Positions 29,227 through 40,400 of a stretch of 64,000 bases of DNA are shown piece after piece (position 1 is the stretch's first letter; each line of letters begins with the position of its first letter). The notes under the pieces were generated by a model. It was given only the letters and a program-made list of their open reading frames with translations. It did not search any database and was not told the DNA's origin. The DNA is taken from positions 37,383-101,382 of the forward strand of contig JAJTHE010000036.1 in assembly GCA_021298815.1 (NCBI GenBank). Direction: 5' to 3'. This DNA comes from Betaproteobacteria bacterium (GTDB taxonomy: Bacteria > Pseudomonadota > Gammaproteobacteria > Burkholderiales > CAIKXV01). The translations under genes were made by a program, and so were the position numbers.

Positions 29227-30254
29227 GCGGCGGCGCGGGCCTGGTGCTGGTCGCGACGTCGTGGCGGGGGCGGATCCTGCGTTCGGCGGCCTACACCCTG
29301 TTGCCTGCCGCGCTGGCCGGCGGCGCGTCGGAGGCGGCAGCCCAGGCGGTGGAGGCACCGTGGCCTGCGCGCACGGTCCGGCTCCTGGTGCCGTCGGTCC
29401 CCGGTGGTGTCAACGACCTCGTCTCGCGCCTGGTCGCCGAACGCCTGTCGAGCGCGCTCGGCCAGACCATCCTGGTCGACAACCGGCCCGGCGCCGGTGG
29501 TTCGGTCGCCTTCGAGATCCTGTCGAAGTCGATCCCCGATGGCTACACCCTCGGCACCACGGCCGATTCGCTGACCATCTTCCCCGTCGCCTACCGCAAG
29601 CTCGGCTTCGACCCGGTGAAGGACCTCGCACCGATCACCCTGGTCGCGACCCAGCCGTTCGTGCTGGCCGTCTCCGCACAGGTGCCGGCCGCGAACGTGC
29701 AGGCGCTGTTTGCGCTGGCGCGCGCAAAGCCCGGCACGCTGTCCTACGGCACGCCCGGCATGGGCACCTCGGCGCACTTCACCGCCGAACTGCTCAAGAG
29801 CCTGGCGAAGATCGACCTCGTGCATGTGCCGTACAAGGGCGGTGGCGCCGCGATCGCCGACCTGGTGGGCGGCCAGATTCCGGTCGCGATGCTCGGCGCC
29901 TCGACCGTCATCCCGCAGGCGCGCGCCGGCAAGGTGCGCATCCTCGCGGTGAGCACGGCCCGGCGCTCCGGCGTGCTGCCCGACGTGCCGACGCTGGCCG
30001 AGTCAGGCGTGCCCGGCTTCGACATGGCCCAATGGGTCGGCGTGCTCGGGCCGGCCGGGCTGCCGCAGCCGATCGTGACGCGGCTGAACGGCGAGATCGC
30101 GAAGATCCTCGCGCTGCCGTCGGTGCGCGAGCGGCTGGAAATGTCCGGCTTCGAGCCGAGCCCGGGCACGCCCGAGGCGCTGGGGTTGCGCATACGGGAA
30201 GGGATCGAGCGCTGGCGGAAGCTGGCGAAGGAGATGAGGCTGGAGCTGAACTGA
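29223..30254 (+). CDS. Bug/TctC substrate-binding protein
   Basis: WPARTVRLLVPSVPGGVND, DNRPGAGG, HVPYKGGG. Confidence 0.92.
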   Translation: MSGGAGLVLVATSWRGRILRSAAYTLLPAALAGGASEAAAQAVEAPWPARTVRLLVPSVPGGVNDLVSRLVAERLSSALGQTILVDNRPGAGGSVAFEILSKSIPDGYTLGTTADSLTIFPVAYRKLGFDPVKDLAPITLVATQPFVLAVSAQVPAANVQALFALARAKPGTLSYGTPGMGTSAHFTAELLKSLAKIDLVHVPYKGGGAAIADLVGGQIPVAMLGASTVIPQARAGKVRILAVSTARRSGVLPDVPTLAESGVPGFDMAQWVGVLGPAGLPQPIVTRLNGEIAKILALPSVRERLEMSGFEPSPGTPEALGLRIREGIERWRKLAKEMRLELN

Positions 30255-30263
30255 CCCCCGCAA

Positions 30264-31610
30264 TCACCGCACCATGCACGGCCGCTTCGCATCGAACGCC
30301 CACCCCGGAACCAGCGCCTGCATCGCGAGCGCATCGTTGCGCGCCCCGCCGCCCTGCGCGCGGTACAGCGCATGCGCCGCATCCACCTGCGCCCAGTCGA
30401 GGTCCACGCCCAGCCCGGGACGTGCCGGCACGTCGATATAGCCGTCGACGATCGCCAGCGGCCTGCGGGAGAGCCGCTGCCCGTCCTGCCAGATCCAGTG
30501 GGTGTCGATCGCGGTCACTCGCCCCGGCGCGGCGGCGGCGACATGGGTGAACATCGCCAGCGACACGTCGAAGTGGTTGTTCGAATGCGAGCCCCAGGTG
30601 AGGCCCGCATCGCGGCAGGTGGAGGCGACCTTCACCGCGCCCTGCATCGTCCAGAAGTGCGGGTCGGCGAGCGGGATGTCGACTGCGTGCAGGGTCAGTG
30701 CATGCTGCAGTTCGCGCCAGTCGGTCGCGACCATGTTGGTCGCGGTGGGCAGGCCGGTCGCGGCGCGGAACTCGGCCATGATCTCGCGGCCGGAGAAGCC
30801 GCCCTCGGGGCCGCAGGGGTCTTCGGCATAGGCGAGCACGCCGTGCATGTCGCGCATCAGCCGCACCGCGTCGTCGAGCAGCCAGCCGCCGTTCGGATCG
30901 AGCGTGATGCGCGCCTGCGGGAAGCGCTCGTGCAGCGCGACCACCGCCTCGACCTCTTCCTCGCCGCGCAGCACGCCGCCCTTGAGCTTGAAGTCGGCGA
31001 AGCCGTAGCGGGCGTGCGCCGCCTCGGCCAGCGCCACCACGGCGCGGGCATCCATCGCCGGTTCGTCGCGCAGGTGCATCCAGGCGTCGGCGTCGGCGGA
31101 CGAAGGCCCCGCGCGGTACGGCAGGTCGCTGCGCGTGCGATCGCCGATGTAGAACAGGTAGCCCAGCACCTGCACCCGGGTGCGCGGCGCCGGTTCGTCG
31201 GCGAGCTGGGCCAGCAGGTGCGCGACCGGCAGCCCGAGGTGCTGGCCGAGCAGGTCGAGCAGCGCGGACTCGACCGCGGTCATCGCATGGATCGCGACCC
31301 GCTGGTCGAAGGTCTGCTGGCCGCGGCCGCCGGCATCGAGGCCGCCGAAGCGCTGCTCGATCATCCGCTTCACCGGGCCGAAGTCGCTGACCGGGCGCCC
31401 GACCACCATCGGGATCGACTGCTCGAGCGTCTGGCGGATCGCCTCGCCGCCGGGCACCTCGCCGACGCCGGTGCGTCCGGCGCTGTCGGTCAGCACCACC
31501 AGGTTGCGGATGAACACCGGCGCATGGGCGCCGCTCAGGTTCAGCAGCATGCTGTCCTGGCCGGCGACCGGCACCACCCGCATCGCCGAGACCGTGGGGA
31601 ACTCGTTCAA
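30264..31610 (-). CDS. gudD: Glucarate dehydratase (enolase superfamily)
   Basis: [57 protein letters not shown]. Confidence 0.93.
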   Translation of the reverse strand: MNEFPTVSAMRVVPVAGQDSMLLNLSGAHAPVFIRNLVVLTDSAGRTGVGEVPGGEAIRQTLEQSIPMVVGRPVSDFGPVKRMIEQRFGGLDAGGRGQQTFDQRVAIHAMTAVESALLDLLGQHLGLPVAHLLAQLADEPAPRTRVQVLGYLFYIGDRTRSDLPYRAGPSSADADAWMHLRDEPAMDARAVVALAEAAHARYGFADFKLKGGVLRGEEEVEAVVALHERFPQARITLDPNGGWLLDDAVRLMRDMHGVLAYAEDPCGPEGGFSGREIMAEFRAATGLPTATNMVATDWRELQHALTLHAVDIPLADPHFWTMQGAVKVASTCRDAGLTWGSHSNNHFDVSLAMFTHVAAAAPGRVTAIDTHWIWQDGQRLSRRPLAIVDGYIDVPARPGLGVDLDWAQVDAAHALYRAQGGGARNDALAMQALVPGWAFDAKRPCMVR

Positions 31611-31653
31611 TCCCGCGCCCGAGGGGTGCCGCAGGTCGCCATGCGACGCACGG

Positions 31654-32880
31654 TCAGTCGCTGCCCAGCCGCAGCCGGCTCGGCAGGCGGCGTTCGATCG
31701 ACCACTTGAGCAGGGCCGCGCTGCGGAAGATGCCGTGCGCGAACTTGCCGTAGGGCAGGGTGACGAACAGCGCCATCACCACGCCCAGGTGTATCGCGAG
31801 CAGCAGGCCCATGGCGCCGGTGTCGCGCAGCACCATCAGCACCAGGCCGGTCAGGCTGACCAGGAACAGCAGCGCGAGGAAGCCGTAGTCCATCGTGTTC
31901 TGCGCGTCGTCGCCATGCATGGGGTGCCGCTGCGTCTTCAGGCGCCACAGGCCGACCGGCCCGATCAGCAGGCCGATGCCGCCGACGGTGCCGAGGATCA
32001 CCGGCAGGCTGGTGTAGCCGTACGGTGCCTGCCAGCCGAACGCATAGTGGTAGATCGTCGCGACGCTGGTCGAGGCGAAGCACAGCATGAAGCCGTAGAA
32101 CGTGAAGTGGTGGTAGAGCCGGCGCGTGGTGTTGAAGCGGTCGTCCTCGTTGTGGCAACCCTCCCCATGCCCGCCGTCGAGGTACTTCAGCTTCAGCGCG
32201 TTGTGCACCGCCTCGGCGGCCGCCGGCGCATTGCCGCCTTCGGGCACCTCGCCTGGAGAGACGTCGCGCCAGAAGCGCACCACCCCGATCGCCAGCGCGA
32301 GCATCGCGAAGCCGAACACCGAGCCGAACGTGACGACCATCAGGTTGTGCGGGAACACCGCGTAGAAGTTCCCGGCCAGCGGCTCGTGCCACAGCCCGCC
32401 CTTGAGCACGACTGCAAGCGCGAGGAACAGCGCCAGGCCGCCACCGGTCGCCAGCGAGACCAGCAGGCCGTTGTGGCGGTACAGCGCGCCGAGCGCACGC
32501 GGGAACGCATAGTCGGAGTAGGTCTGGCCGCGCACGACTGCCATCGCCTTGGGCACGTTGATCGCGAACTCGTGCGGCGGCGCGTACTGGCAGGCATGCA
32601 GGCAGGCGCCACAGTTGTGGCACAGGTTGGCCAGGTAGTGCACGTCGGCCTTGCCGAACTCGAGCCGGCGGGTCATCGCCGGGAACACGGCGCACGCGCC
32701 TTCGCAGTACCGGCAGGCGTTGCAGATCTGCATCTGGCGCGCGACTTCGGCCTCGGCCTCGGTCAGCGGCAGCGCGTTGAACGCGGCCGACGGAGAGACC
32801 GGCTGTCCGCCGGCGCCCAGGTGGGCAGCTTCGCGGGTCAGTGCATCAAGGGTGGTCGAGGCGGACTCAGGCGGCGGCAC
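31654..32880 (-). CDS. tcuB: Tricarballylate utilization 4Fe-4S membrane protein
   Basis: [43 protein letters not shown]. Confidence 0.95.
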   Translation of the reverse strand: MPPPESASTTLDALTREAAHLGAGGQPVSPSAAFNALPLTEAEAEVARQMQICNACRYCEGACAVFPAMTRRLEFGKADVHYLANLCHNCGACLHACQYAPPHEFAINVPKAMAVVRGQTYSDYAFPRALGALYRHNGLLVSLATGGGLALFLALAVVLKGGLWHEPLAGNFYAVFPHNLMVVTFGSVFGFAMLALAIGVVRFWRDVSPGEVPEGGNAPAAAEAVHNALKLKYLDGGHGEGCHNEDDRFNTTRRLYHHFTFYGFMLCFASTSVATIYHYAFGWQAPYGYTSLPVILGTVGGIGLLIGPVGLWRLKTQRHPMHGDDAQNTMDYGFLALLFLVSLTGLVLMVLRDTGAMGLLLAIHLGVVMALFVTLPYGKFAHGIFRSAALLKWSIERRLPSRLRLGSD

Positions 32881-34300
32881 TCAGGGCTCCTTCGGCTGTC
32901 TTTGTCTTGTCGGGGCTGGCGGGGGCCAGGGCGGCGCGCGCCGCGGAGGTGCCGGCGATGCGGCCGAACGCGGTGCCGATGGTCACGCCGATGCCGGCGA
33001 GATAGCCCTTGCCGAGCACGTTGCCGGCACTGACCTCGCCGGCGGCGAACAGGTTGCGGCTGGGCACGCCGGAGAAATGCACCGCGGCGGTTTCGTCGAT
33101 CTTCACGCCCAGGTAGGTGAACGTTATGCCCGGGCGCAGCGCATAGCCGTAGAACGGCGGGGTGTCGAGCGGCAGTGCCCAGTGCGTCTTGGCCGGCGTC
33201 AGCCCTTCGGTATGGCAATCGTCCAGCACGGCATGGTCGAAGGTGCCGACCTTGCACGAGGCGTTGTAGGCCTCGACGGTCTTCATGAAATCGTCGGGGT
33301 CGAGGCCGAGCTGGCGCGCCAGCGTCGGCAGGTCGTTCGCCTTCTCGCCGGGGAACACCGGCGGCATGAAACGGCCGACCGCCTTGGCATCGATGATGGA
33401 ATAGGCGATCTGGTTCGGCTGGAAGGCGACCAGCCGGCCCCATATGGCATAGCGCTTGGGCCAGAAGTCTTCGCCTTCGTCGTAGAAGCGGCGGCCATCG
33501 CGATTGACGACGATGCCGAGCGACACGCAGTCGACCCGGGTGCAGATGCCGCCATCATAGAGCGGCGCGCGTGCATCGATCGCCACCGCATGGCACTGCG
33601 CCGGGTCGCCGATCCTGTCGGCGCCGGCCTCGAGCATCTGCTTGAGCAGCACGCCGGTGTTGAAGCGGGTGCCGCGGATGATGAAGTTGTCCGCGACCCA
33701 CTCGCCCTCGTGCTGTCCCCAGGCCTCGCGCAGCCATTCGCGGTTCGATTCGAAGCCGCCGTTGGATATCACGCAGGCCTTCGCCTCGATGCGCTCGTTG
33801 CCGACCCAGGCGGCGCGGAACTCGCCATTGACCAGTTCCAGCCGGTCGACCGGGGTGTCGTAGCGGATCTCGACGCCCAGGTTGGCCGCGCTGCGGAAGT
33901 AGGCATTCACCAGCGCCTTGCCGCCGCCGAGGAAGAAGGCGTTGGTGCGCGACAGGTGCAGGGTGCCGGAGAGCGAGTTCTGGAAGCGCACGCCATGCTT
34001 GATCATCCACGGCCGGCAGGTCGACGAGTGGCGGATCGCCAGCCGGGCGAGCTTCTCGTCGGTGATGCCGCCGGTGACCTTCAGCAGGTCCTGCCAGTAT
34101 TCCTCTTCGGGATAGGCATCGGTCAGGACGTCCTGCGGCTCGTCATGCATGCAGCGCAGGTTGCGGGTGTGGATCGAGTTGCCGCCGCGCCACTCCTTCG
34201 GCGAGGCTTCGAGCAGGAGCACGCTGGCCCCGGCCTCGCGCGCCATCAAGGCTGCGCACAGCGCAGCGTTGCCGCCACCGATCACGAGCACATCGACCAT
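32867..34300 (-). CDS. tcuA: FAD-dependent tricarballylate dehydrogenase
   Basis: [45 protein letters not shown]; adjacent to tcuB. Confidence 0.95.
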   Translation of the reverse strand: MVDVLVIGGGNAALCAALMAREAGASVLLLEASPKEWRGGNSIHTRNLRCMHDEPQDVLTDAYPEEEYWQDLLKVTGGITDEKLARLAIRHSSTCRPWMIKHGVRFQNSLSGTLHLSRTNAFFLGGGKALVNAYFRSAANLGVEIRYDTPVDRLELVNGEFRAAWVGNERIEAKACVISNGGFESNREWLREAWGQHEGEWVADNFIIRGTRFNTGVLLKQMLEAGADRIGDPAQCHAVAIDARAPLYDGGICTRVDCVSLGIVVNRDGRRFYDEGEDFWPKRYAIWGRLVAFQPNQIAYSIIDAKAVGRFMPPVFPGEKANDLPTLARQLGLDPDDFMKTVEAYNASCKVGTFDHAVLDDCHTEGLTPAKTHWALPLDTPPFYGYALRPGITFTYLGVKIDETAAVHFSGVPSRNLFAAGEVSAGNVLGKGYLAGIGVTIGTAFGRIAGTSAARAALAPASPDKTKTAEGALSAAA

Positions 34301-34493
34301 GTCCGGGTATCCCCCTGATTTTCCGAGGCCGTAGGGTAACGAATTCGAGCGCGATCAGGGGAACGCAGGTGTCGCACGGGCGACCGTCGACGGTCCCGCC
34401 GGGCTGGCCTCGGGGCGCCGCCCCCGGTAATGTGCAGTGCCTCGCCGCCGCCCTGCGGCGGCGCTCTTCCTTCCGGGCCACCACGCCTTGCCG

Positions 34494-35468
34494 ATGAACC
34501 GTCGTTCCTTCCTGACTGCTGCCGCTTCCACGCTGGGCTTGGCGTCGCTCGGCCCGCTGGCACGGCTTGCGCGCGCACAGTCTTCCGCCGTCAGCGTGAT
34601 CGACCGGGACTGGACCGATGCCCGGCGCGCACGGCAGGTGCCGGTGCGGCTGTACCTCCCGTCAGGGGCCTCGCCGGAACGCCCGGCGCCGCTGGTCGTG
34701 TTCTCCCACGGGCTGGGCGGGTCGAGGTTCGGTTACCGCTACCTGGGCAGTCACTGGGCGAGCGAAGGCTTCGCCAGTCTCCATGTACAGCACGTGGGCA
34801 GCGACAACAGTCTCTGGAATGCGGACGGGCGATGGGCCCTGCTGAGGCGCATGCACCAGGCGGCGCAGGAGTCCGAGGCGATCGCCCGCGTGCGCGACCT
34901 CCGGTTCGCGATGGACCAGCTGCTCGACAGCGACCTCGGCCGCCAGATCGATGGCGGGAAGATCATCGCGGCCGGGCATTCCTATGGCGCCAACACCACG
35001 CTTCTGGCCGCCGGCGCACGGGTCGAGCGGCCCGGCCTGCCGATGGACCTGCGCGAACCGCGCCTGCGTGCGGCCATCGTCATTTCCGCGCCGCCGTTTC
35101 ACGGCGAGTCCTCGCCGGAGCAGATCCTCGCCGGGGTCGGCGTGCCCAGCCTGCACATCACCGGCACCGAGGACGTGATCCGCATCCCCGGCTACTACAG
35201 CGATGCAGCGGACCGGGTCGCGGTGTTCAACGGGGTGGGCAATCCGCGCAAGACGCTCGCGGTGTTCGCCGGCGGCGTGCATAGCATGTTCACCGACCGT
35301 ACCAGCCCCGGCGGCGTGCAGCTCAACGCGCAGGTGAAGTCGGCGACCCAGGAATTGACGACGGCGTTCCTGCGCAGCGTGGTGGCAGGCGACGACAGCA
35401 GCCTGCAGGTCTGGCCGCAGCGCCACGGGGCGATCCTCAGCCGCTTCGTGGGGCCGGCGCAGGGCTGA
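34494..35468 (+). CDS. Tat-exported alpha/beta hydrolase (dienelactone hydrolase/PAF-acetylhydrolase-like)
   Basis: MNRRSFL twin-arginine signal, FSHGLGGS, AGHSYG nucleophile elbow, TGTED, HSMF. Confidence 0.88.
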   Translation: MNRRSFLTAAASTLGLASLGPLARLARAQSSAVSVIDRDWTDARRARQVPVRLYLPSGASPERPAPLVVFSHGLGGSRFGYRYLGSHWASEGFASLHVQHVGSDNSLWNADGRWALLRRMHQAAQESEAIARVRDLRFAMDQLLDSDLGRQIDGGKIIAAGHSYGANTTLLAAGARVERPGLPMDLREPRLRAAIVISAPPFHGESSPEQILAGVGVPSLHITGTEDVIRIPGYYSDAADRVAVFNGVGNPRKTLAVFAGGVHSMFTDRTSPGGVQLNAQVKSATQELTTAFLRSVVAGDDSSLQVWPQRHGAILSRFVGPAQG

Positions 35469-35618
35469 AGGCTATCTGCGCAGCTTGACCAGCGCCCGGC
35501 ACCCGGTCCCCATCCTCTGGTGCGCCTGCAGGTGCAGGATCCCGAACTTGTCGGTGGGCAGCTTCAGCCACCAGGCGCTCGGCCGCAGCCGATGGCAGGC
35601 AGCGCGGCGTTCCATGAT

Positions 35619-36488
35619 TCAGCAGGGCGGCCCGCGCCTCGCGTCCCTGGCCCTGCGCTGGCCGGCGGCAATGACCAGCCCGATGCCACCGAGTATGGCC
35701 GTCGAACAGAGCACCAGCCGCAGGGTCAGCGGTTCGCCCAGCAGCAGGATGCCGCCGACGGCTGCGATCACCGGGACACTCAGCTGCACCGAGGCGGCCG
35801 AGGTTGCCGCCAGGCCGCGCAGCGCGGTGTACCAGACCGCGTAACCCACGCCCGAGGCCAGCGCACCGGAAGCCACGGCATACAGCACGCCCGCACGGTC
35901 GATCGAGGCCCAAGGCAACATCAGCAGGCCCATTCCGCCAGCGAGCACCGATGCACGCAGGAAGTTGCCGGCCGTCTCGCGGGTGGCATCGCCCCCGCTG
36001 CGGCCGCGCAGCGAATACACGCCCCAGGCGGCGCCAGCGGCGATCATCAACAGCGATCCCTGCAGCGGCGGTGCCGACAGCCCGGGCAGCAGCAATCCGA
36101 CGAGGCCGGCAAAGGCGGTGGCCAGGCCCGCCAGCTGCTGCATTCCCGGACGCTCCCCGGATACGAGGCCGTGCCCGATCATCGTCGCCTGGACGCTGCC
36201 GAACAGCAGCAATGCGCCGGCGGCTGCCGGAAGGGTCACGTACGCGAAAGAGAAGGCGGCCGCATAGGCAAACAGCGCGATGCCCGACGGCCAGTCGCCC
36301 AGCGGCGTGCCGGCATGGCGCAGCCGGACGATCATGGCGAGCGCCAGTGCGCCGGCGATGATGCGGATCGCCGTGAAGCTCGCCGGATCGATCGTCGTGG
36401 TGGCCAGCGCCAGCCTGCACAGCAGCGAATTGCCCGCAAAGGCGAGCATGGCGAGTGCCGTCAGCAGCAGCGTCCTCGCAGGCGTCAT
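35619..36488 (-). CDS. DMT/EamA family transporter
   Basis: MLAFAGNSLLCR, about 10 hydrophobic segments, QLSVPVIAA. Confidence 0.9.
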   Translation of the reverse strand: MTPARTLLLTALAMLAFAGNSLLCRLALATTTIDPASFTAIRIIAGALALAMIVRLRHAGTPLGDWPSGIALFAYAAAFSFAYVTLPAAAGALLLFGSVQATMIGHGLVSGERPGMQQLAGLATAFAGLVGLLLPGLSAPPLQGSLLMIAAGAAWGVYSLRGRSGGDATRETAGNFLRASVLAGGMGLLMLPWASIDRAGVLYAVASGALASGVGYAVWYTALRGLAATSAASVQLSVPVIAAVGGILLLGEPLTLRLVLCSTAILGGIGLVIAAGQRRARDARRGPPC

Positions 36489-36564
36489 GCGGGTCGCGAG
36501 GCCTGCCGTGTCGCGCGGCGCAGGCCGGTGGCACGAGGCCTGCGCCCGCGCGCGCGCCAGGGCC

Positions 36565-37809
36565 TCAGCACGCCTCGCCGAACGCGCTGCCTTCGCGTAT
36601 CAGCGCCTCGATCTCCGGTGCGGTGTAGCCGGCCTCTGCCAGCACTTCGACGGTATGCTGACCCTTGGCTGGCGGCGGCCGTGTGGTTTCCAGGAACGCG
36701 CCATCGTAGTTCAGTGGCGCGCCCAGCGTGCGCATGCCGTCCGGCATGCCGGTGGCCATCAATGGCAGGCAGGCAGCGAGCGCCGGATCCGCGAGCACGT
36801 CCGCCACCGTGTTGATCGGCCCGCACAGGATGTCGGCGGCGCGCAGGCGCTCGAGCCAGTAGCCGGAGGTGCCGGCGCGCAACTGCGGCACGATGATGCG
36901 GTCGAGCGCGTCGCGGTTCTTCACGCGCGCGGCATTGGTCGCGAAGCGTTCGTCTGCAACCAGCCCGTCGAGCGCCAGCGCCGCGCAGAACTTCTGCCAG
37001 TGCGAGTCGCGCAGCACCGCGATCGTGATGAAGCGCCCGCCGGCGACTTCGAACGCACCGGCCGGGGCGAGCAGGCTGTTCTGGTTGCCCTGGCGCGGCG
37101 GCAGCAATCCGGTGGCCATGTTCTCGGTGAAGCTGCCGCACATCAGCGAGGCCGCCGCGGCCATCAGGCTCACGTCGATGTTCGCGCCACCGCGGCCGGA
37201 CAGGCGTCCGTACAGCGCGAGAAGCACGCCCTGCACCGCCTGGTTCGCCGCGGTCATGTCGATCAGCGGGAAGCCGACGCGCAGCGGTGCGCCATCGGGT
37301 TCACCGACCACGCTCATCACGCCGCTCATCGCCTGCAGGATGGTGTCGCTCGCCGGCAGCCGGGCGTAGTCGCCATCCTGGCCGAAGCCGGAGATCGTGC
37401 AGTAGATGATCCCGGGGCGCAGTTCCTCGCAGCGCGCATGGCCGAAGCCCAGCTTCGCCATCACGCCGGCGCGGTAGTTGGACATCACCACGTCGGCCTT
37501 CGACACGAGGCGCTCGACGATCGCACGGCCACCCGGCCTGTCGAGGTCTACGCCGATGTCGCGCTTGTTGCGGTTGAGCGCGATGAATTGCGGGTTGCCG
37601 ATGCGTCCCGGGTCGCCGCGGCCGGAGCTGCGCTGCCAGTCGCCTTCGCGCCGCTCGATCTTCACCACGTCGGCGCCCATGTCGCCGAGCAGCGTCGAGG
37701 CATACGGGCCGGCGACGCCCTCGGTCATGTCGACCACGTGGATGCCGGCGAGCACGCCACCCGGCTTGCCCGGAGACCCGACGCCTCGCTTCGCGGTCCC
37801 TGCGCTCAT
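36565..37809 (-). CDS. CaiB/BaiF class III CoA-transferase
   Basis: AGPYASTLLGDMGADVVKIE, NRNKR, ISGFGQDG. Confidence 0.92.
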   Translation of the reverse strand: MSAGTAKRGVGSPGKPGGVLAGIHVVDMTEGVAGPYASTLLGDMGADVVKIERREGDWQRSSGRGDPGRIGNPQFIALNRNKRDIGVDLDRPGGRAIVERLVSKADVVMSNYRAGVMAKLGFGHARCEELRPGIIYCTISGFGQDGDYARLPASDTILQAMSGVMSVVGEPDGAPLRVGFPLIDMTAANQAVQGVLLALYGRLSGRGGANIDVSLMAAAASLMCGSFTENMATGLLPPRQGNQNSLLAPAGAFEVAGGRFITIAVLRDSHWQKFCAALALDGLVADERFATNAARVKNRDALDRIIVPQLRAGTSGYWLERLRAADILCGPINTVADVLADPALAACLPLMATGMPDGMRTLGAPLNYDGAFLETTRPPPAKGQHTVEVLAEAGYTAPEIEALIREGSAFGEAC

Positions 37810-38774
37810 TCCCGGCGCAGGCCCGCCGACTTCACCACCGTTCCCCAGCGCTGGATCTCCGCCTCGAGGAAGCGCCGCGCCTCGTCCGGCCTGCTGGCGA
37901 CCACCTCCGCACCATCGCCAGTCAGGCGGTCGCGCACCGCCGGCTGCGCCAGCGCCTCGGCCAGTGCCACCTGCAGGCGGGACATCACCGGCGCCGGCGT
38001 GCGCGCGGGGGCCATCACCATGAACCAGCCGACCGCCTCGAAGCCGGGCAGGCCGGATTCGATCATCGTCGGCACCTCGGGCACGTGGCGCGAGCGCTTG
38101 TCCGAGGTGACCGCCACCGCGCGCAGGCGTCCGGCCTGCACCTGCGGCAGCGACGACACCAGGGTCGCGAACATCAACTGCGCATGGCCGCCGACCACGT
38201 CGGCCAGCGCCGGGTTGGCACCCTTGTAGGGGATGTGGTTCATGCGTACGCCGACCGCGGTCGAGAACATCTCGGCCACCAGCTGCGGGCCGGTGCCGAC
38301 CCCGGAGGAGGCATAAGTGATCTCGCCCGGCCTGCCGTTGGCCAGCGCGACCAGGTCGCGCACGGTCTTCACCGGCAGCGACGGATTGACCACCAGCATG
38401 TGCGGTTGCGTGGCCACCACCGTGACCGGCGCGAGGTCGCGCAGCGGGTCGTAGGGCAGCTTCGCAACCATCGCCGCGTTGATCGCATAGGCGAGGTTGG
38501 TGAACAGCAGGGTGTTGCCGTCGGCCGGGGACTTCGCCGCGAGGTCTACGCCGATCACCGAACCGGCACCCGGGCGGTTGTCCACCACCACCGTGCGTCC
38601 GAGCGTCGTCGACAGTTGCTCCGACACCGTGCGCGCGATCAGGTCCACGCCTGGGCCGGGCGGGAACGGCACGATCAGGCGCAGCGGACGGCCCTGTGCG
38701 AAGGCGGTCGAACTCGCGGCTGCACCCAGCAGCAGCATCGCGATCGCGGCCGGTCGCGCGGCGCGCATCGTCAT
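37806..38774 (-). CDS. Bug/TctC substrate-binding protein
   Basis: RLIVPFPPGPGVD, DNRPGAG, HIPYKGA. Confidence 0.92.
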   Translation of the reverse strand: MTMRAARPAAIAMLLLGAAASSTAFAQGRPLRLIVPFPPGPGVDLIARTVSEQLSTTLGRTVVVDNRPGAGSVIGVDLAAKSPADGNTLLFTNLAYAINAAMVAKLPYDPLRDLAPVTVVATQPHMLVVNPSLPVKTVRDLVALANGRPGEITYASSGVGTGPQLVAEMFSTAVGVRMNHIPYKGANPALADVVGGHAQLMFATLVSSLPQVQAGRLRAVAVTSDKRSRHVPEVPTMIESGLPGFEAVGWFMVMAPARTPAPVMSRLQVALAEALAQPAVRDRLTGDGAEVVASRPDEARRFLEAEIQRWGTVVKSAGLRRE

Positions 38775-39547
38775 GCCTTGCGCTCGTTGCGCGCGAAGCC
38801 TTCCAGCTTCTGCTTCCATTCGTCCGAGTGCATGCAGGCCACCCAGGCTTCGGTGTCGAAGCGAAGGCCCGCGGCGAGGCCGGCTTCCATCGAATGGTTC
38901 AGCGCGCGCTTGGCCTGGACCAGGCCGGTGGTGGGGAAGGTCGCCATCTTCCGCGCCATCTCCATCGCCTCGTCGAGCACCCGGTCGAGCGGCACCACGC
39001 GGTTCACCAGCCCGAGCGACTTCGCCTCGGCTGCATCCCAGCGCCGGCCGGTGAGGATCAGTTCGCGCGCGACCTGGTAGCCGACCAGGCGCGGCAGCCG
39101 CTGGCAGGCGCCGCCGCCCGGGAAGAAGCCATGGGTGACCTCGGGCAGCGCGAACACCGCGGTGTCGGATGCGATCGACAGGTCGCACTGGAGGACCAGC
39201 TCGAAGCCACCGCCCATGCAGTAGCCCTTGATCGCCGCGATCACAGGCTTGCTCACGCCAGCCACCGCGTGGGTCCACTTCGCCATCACCTGGCGGCGCT
39301 CGTCGATCATGTCGGCGGTCGAGCCCGCCGAGCGCTCCTTCAGGTCGGCGCCGGTGCAGAACGCCTTGTCGCCGGCGCCGGTGATCACGATCACCTTCAC
39401 CGCGGGATCGGTGTCGAGCCGGGGCAGCAGCTCCATCAGCTCGCGGCGCAGCGCGCGGTTGAGCGCGTTGTGGGCCTGCGGGCGGTTCAGGGTCAGCAGG
39501 GCAACGCCCTGGTCGATGACCAGGGTATGCAGCGGCGTGTCGGCCAT
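38771..39547 (-). CDS. Enoyl-CoA hydratase/isomerase family protein
   Basis: LNRPQAHNAL, AFCTGADL, GGGFELVLQCD, ALPEV. Confidence 0.93.
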   Translation of the reverse strand: MADTPLHTLVIDQGVALLTLNRPQAHNALNRALRRELMELLPRLDTDPAVKVIVITGAGDKAFCTGADLKERSAGSTADMIDERRQVMAKWTHAVAGVSKPVIAAIKGYCMGGGFELVLQCDLSIASDTAVFALPEVTHGFFPGGGACQRLPRLVGYQVARELILTGRRWDAAEAKSLGLVNRVVPLDRVLDEAMEMARKMATFPTTGLVQAKRALNHSMEAGLAAGLRFDTEAWVACMHSDEWKQKLEGFARNERKA

Positions 39548-39582
39548 CGAAGTCTCCTCCTGCGGTTCAGCGGTTCAGCGGT

Positions 39583-40293
39583 TCAGCGGGTCGCCGGTTC
39601 CAGGCCGGTCGCCCGGATGTCGGCGGCCGCTTCCGGCGACGACAGGAAGCGGATGGCCCTGACTGCGGCATCCACATGCACTGCGCTCGCAGGCACCGCC
39701 GCGCTGTAGGTCGTGAACTTCTGCAGTTCGCCGGGCAGCGGCGTGATGTGCGCGATGCCTTCGATCGGCATCAGTTCGCTCACCTGCTGGAAGCCGAGCT
39801 CGACCCCGCCGTTCGCGATGAAGGTGCCCACGCGCTGGCCGTTGCCGATGAACCGGCATTTCGGCATCACCTCGTCATGGATGCCGAGCCGCCTGAACAG
39901 TTCGGTGGTCACGTAGCGCCCGCTGACGCTCGCCGAGTAGCCGATGGAACCGGCGCGCAGCAGGGTGGCGCGCAGGGCATCCGGCGTGCCGATGTCCGGC
40001 GCCGGCGCACCGGCACGCACCGCCAGCCCGACGCACGAACGCGCGAGCGGCGCCGCGCCTTCGGCCCGTGCCAGGCCTTCCTGAATGAAGCCCTGCACGA
40101 TGCCGTCGTCGCAGATCACGAGGTCCGCCACCTCACCGCGCTTCATGCGGTTCGGGATCGAGGCGTCGCCGGTGCCGATCGAGGTGGTGACGGTCACGAG
40201 CTCGAGTCCGGTGAGGCGTTCGACGGCGGGCAGCAGCCGCAGGTGGGCGGCCGTGAAGGCGCCCGAGGTCATGACGCGGAACGGTTCGATCAT
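39583..40293 (-). CDS. ModA-like substrate-binding-fold protein (PBP2), no obvious signal peptide
   Basis: VMTSGAF, SIGYSASVSGRY, GFQQVSEL, LPGELQKFTTYSA. Confidence 0.82.
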   Translation of the reverse strand: MIEPFRVMTSGAFTAAHLRLLPAVERLTGLELVTVTTSIGTGDASIPNRMKRGEVADLVICDDGIVQGFIQEGLARAEGAAPLARSCVGLAVRAGAPAPDIGTPDALRATLLRAGSIGYSASVSGRYVTTELFRRLGIHDEVMPKCRFIGNGQRVGTFIANGGVELGFQQVSELMPIEGIAHITPLPGELQKFTTYSAAVPASAVHVDAAVRAIRFLSSPEAAADIRATGLEPATR

Positions 40294-40400
40294 CGCGGAA
40301 GCGGGCGGTGTCGGCCCGCGGCGGAGTGGCTGGACGACGATTGTAATGCCGTCCGGCATTGCCGCTGGCGGAGCGCACGCCCGCATCGGCCGCGGGGCGG

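Noticed and set aside
39563..39589. Short tandem repeat (CGGTTCAG)x3
   Set aside because: Three units of 8 bp at a gene end; too short to support a function or phase variation.
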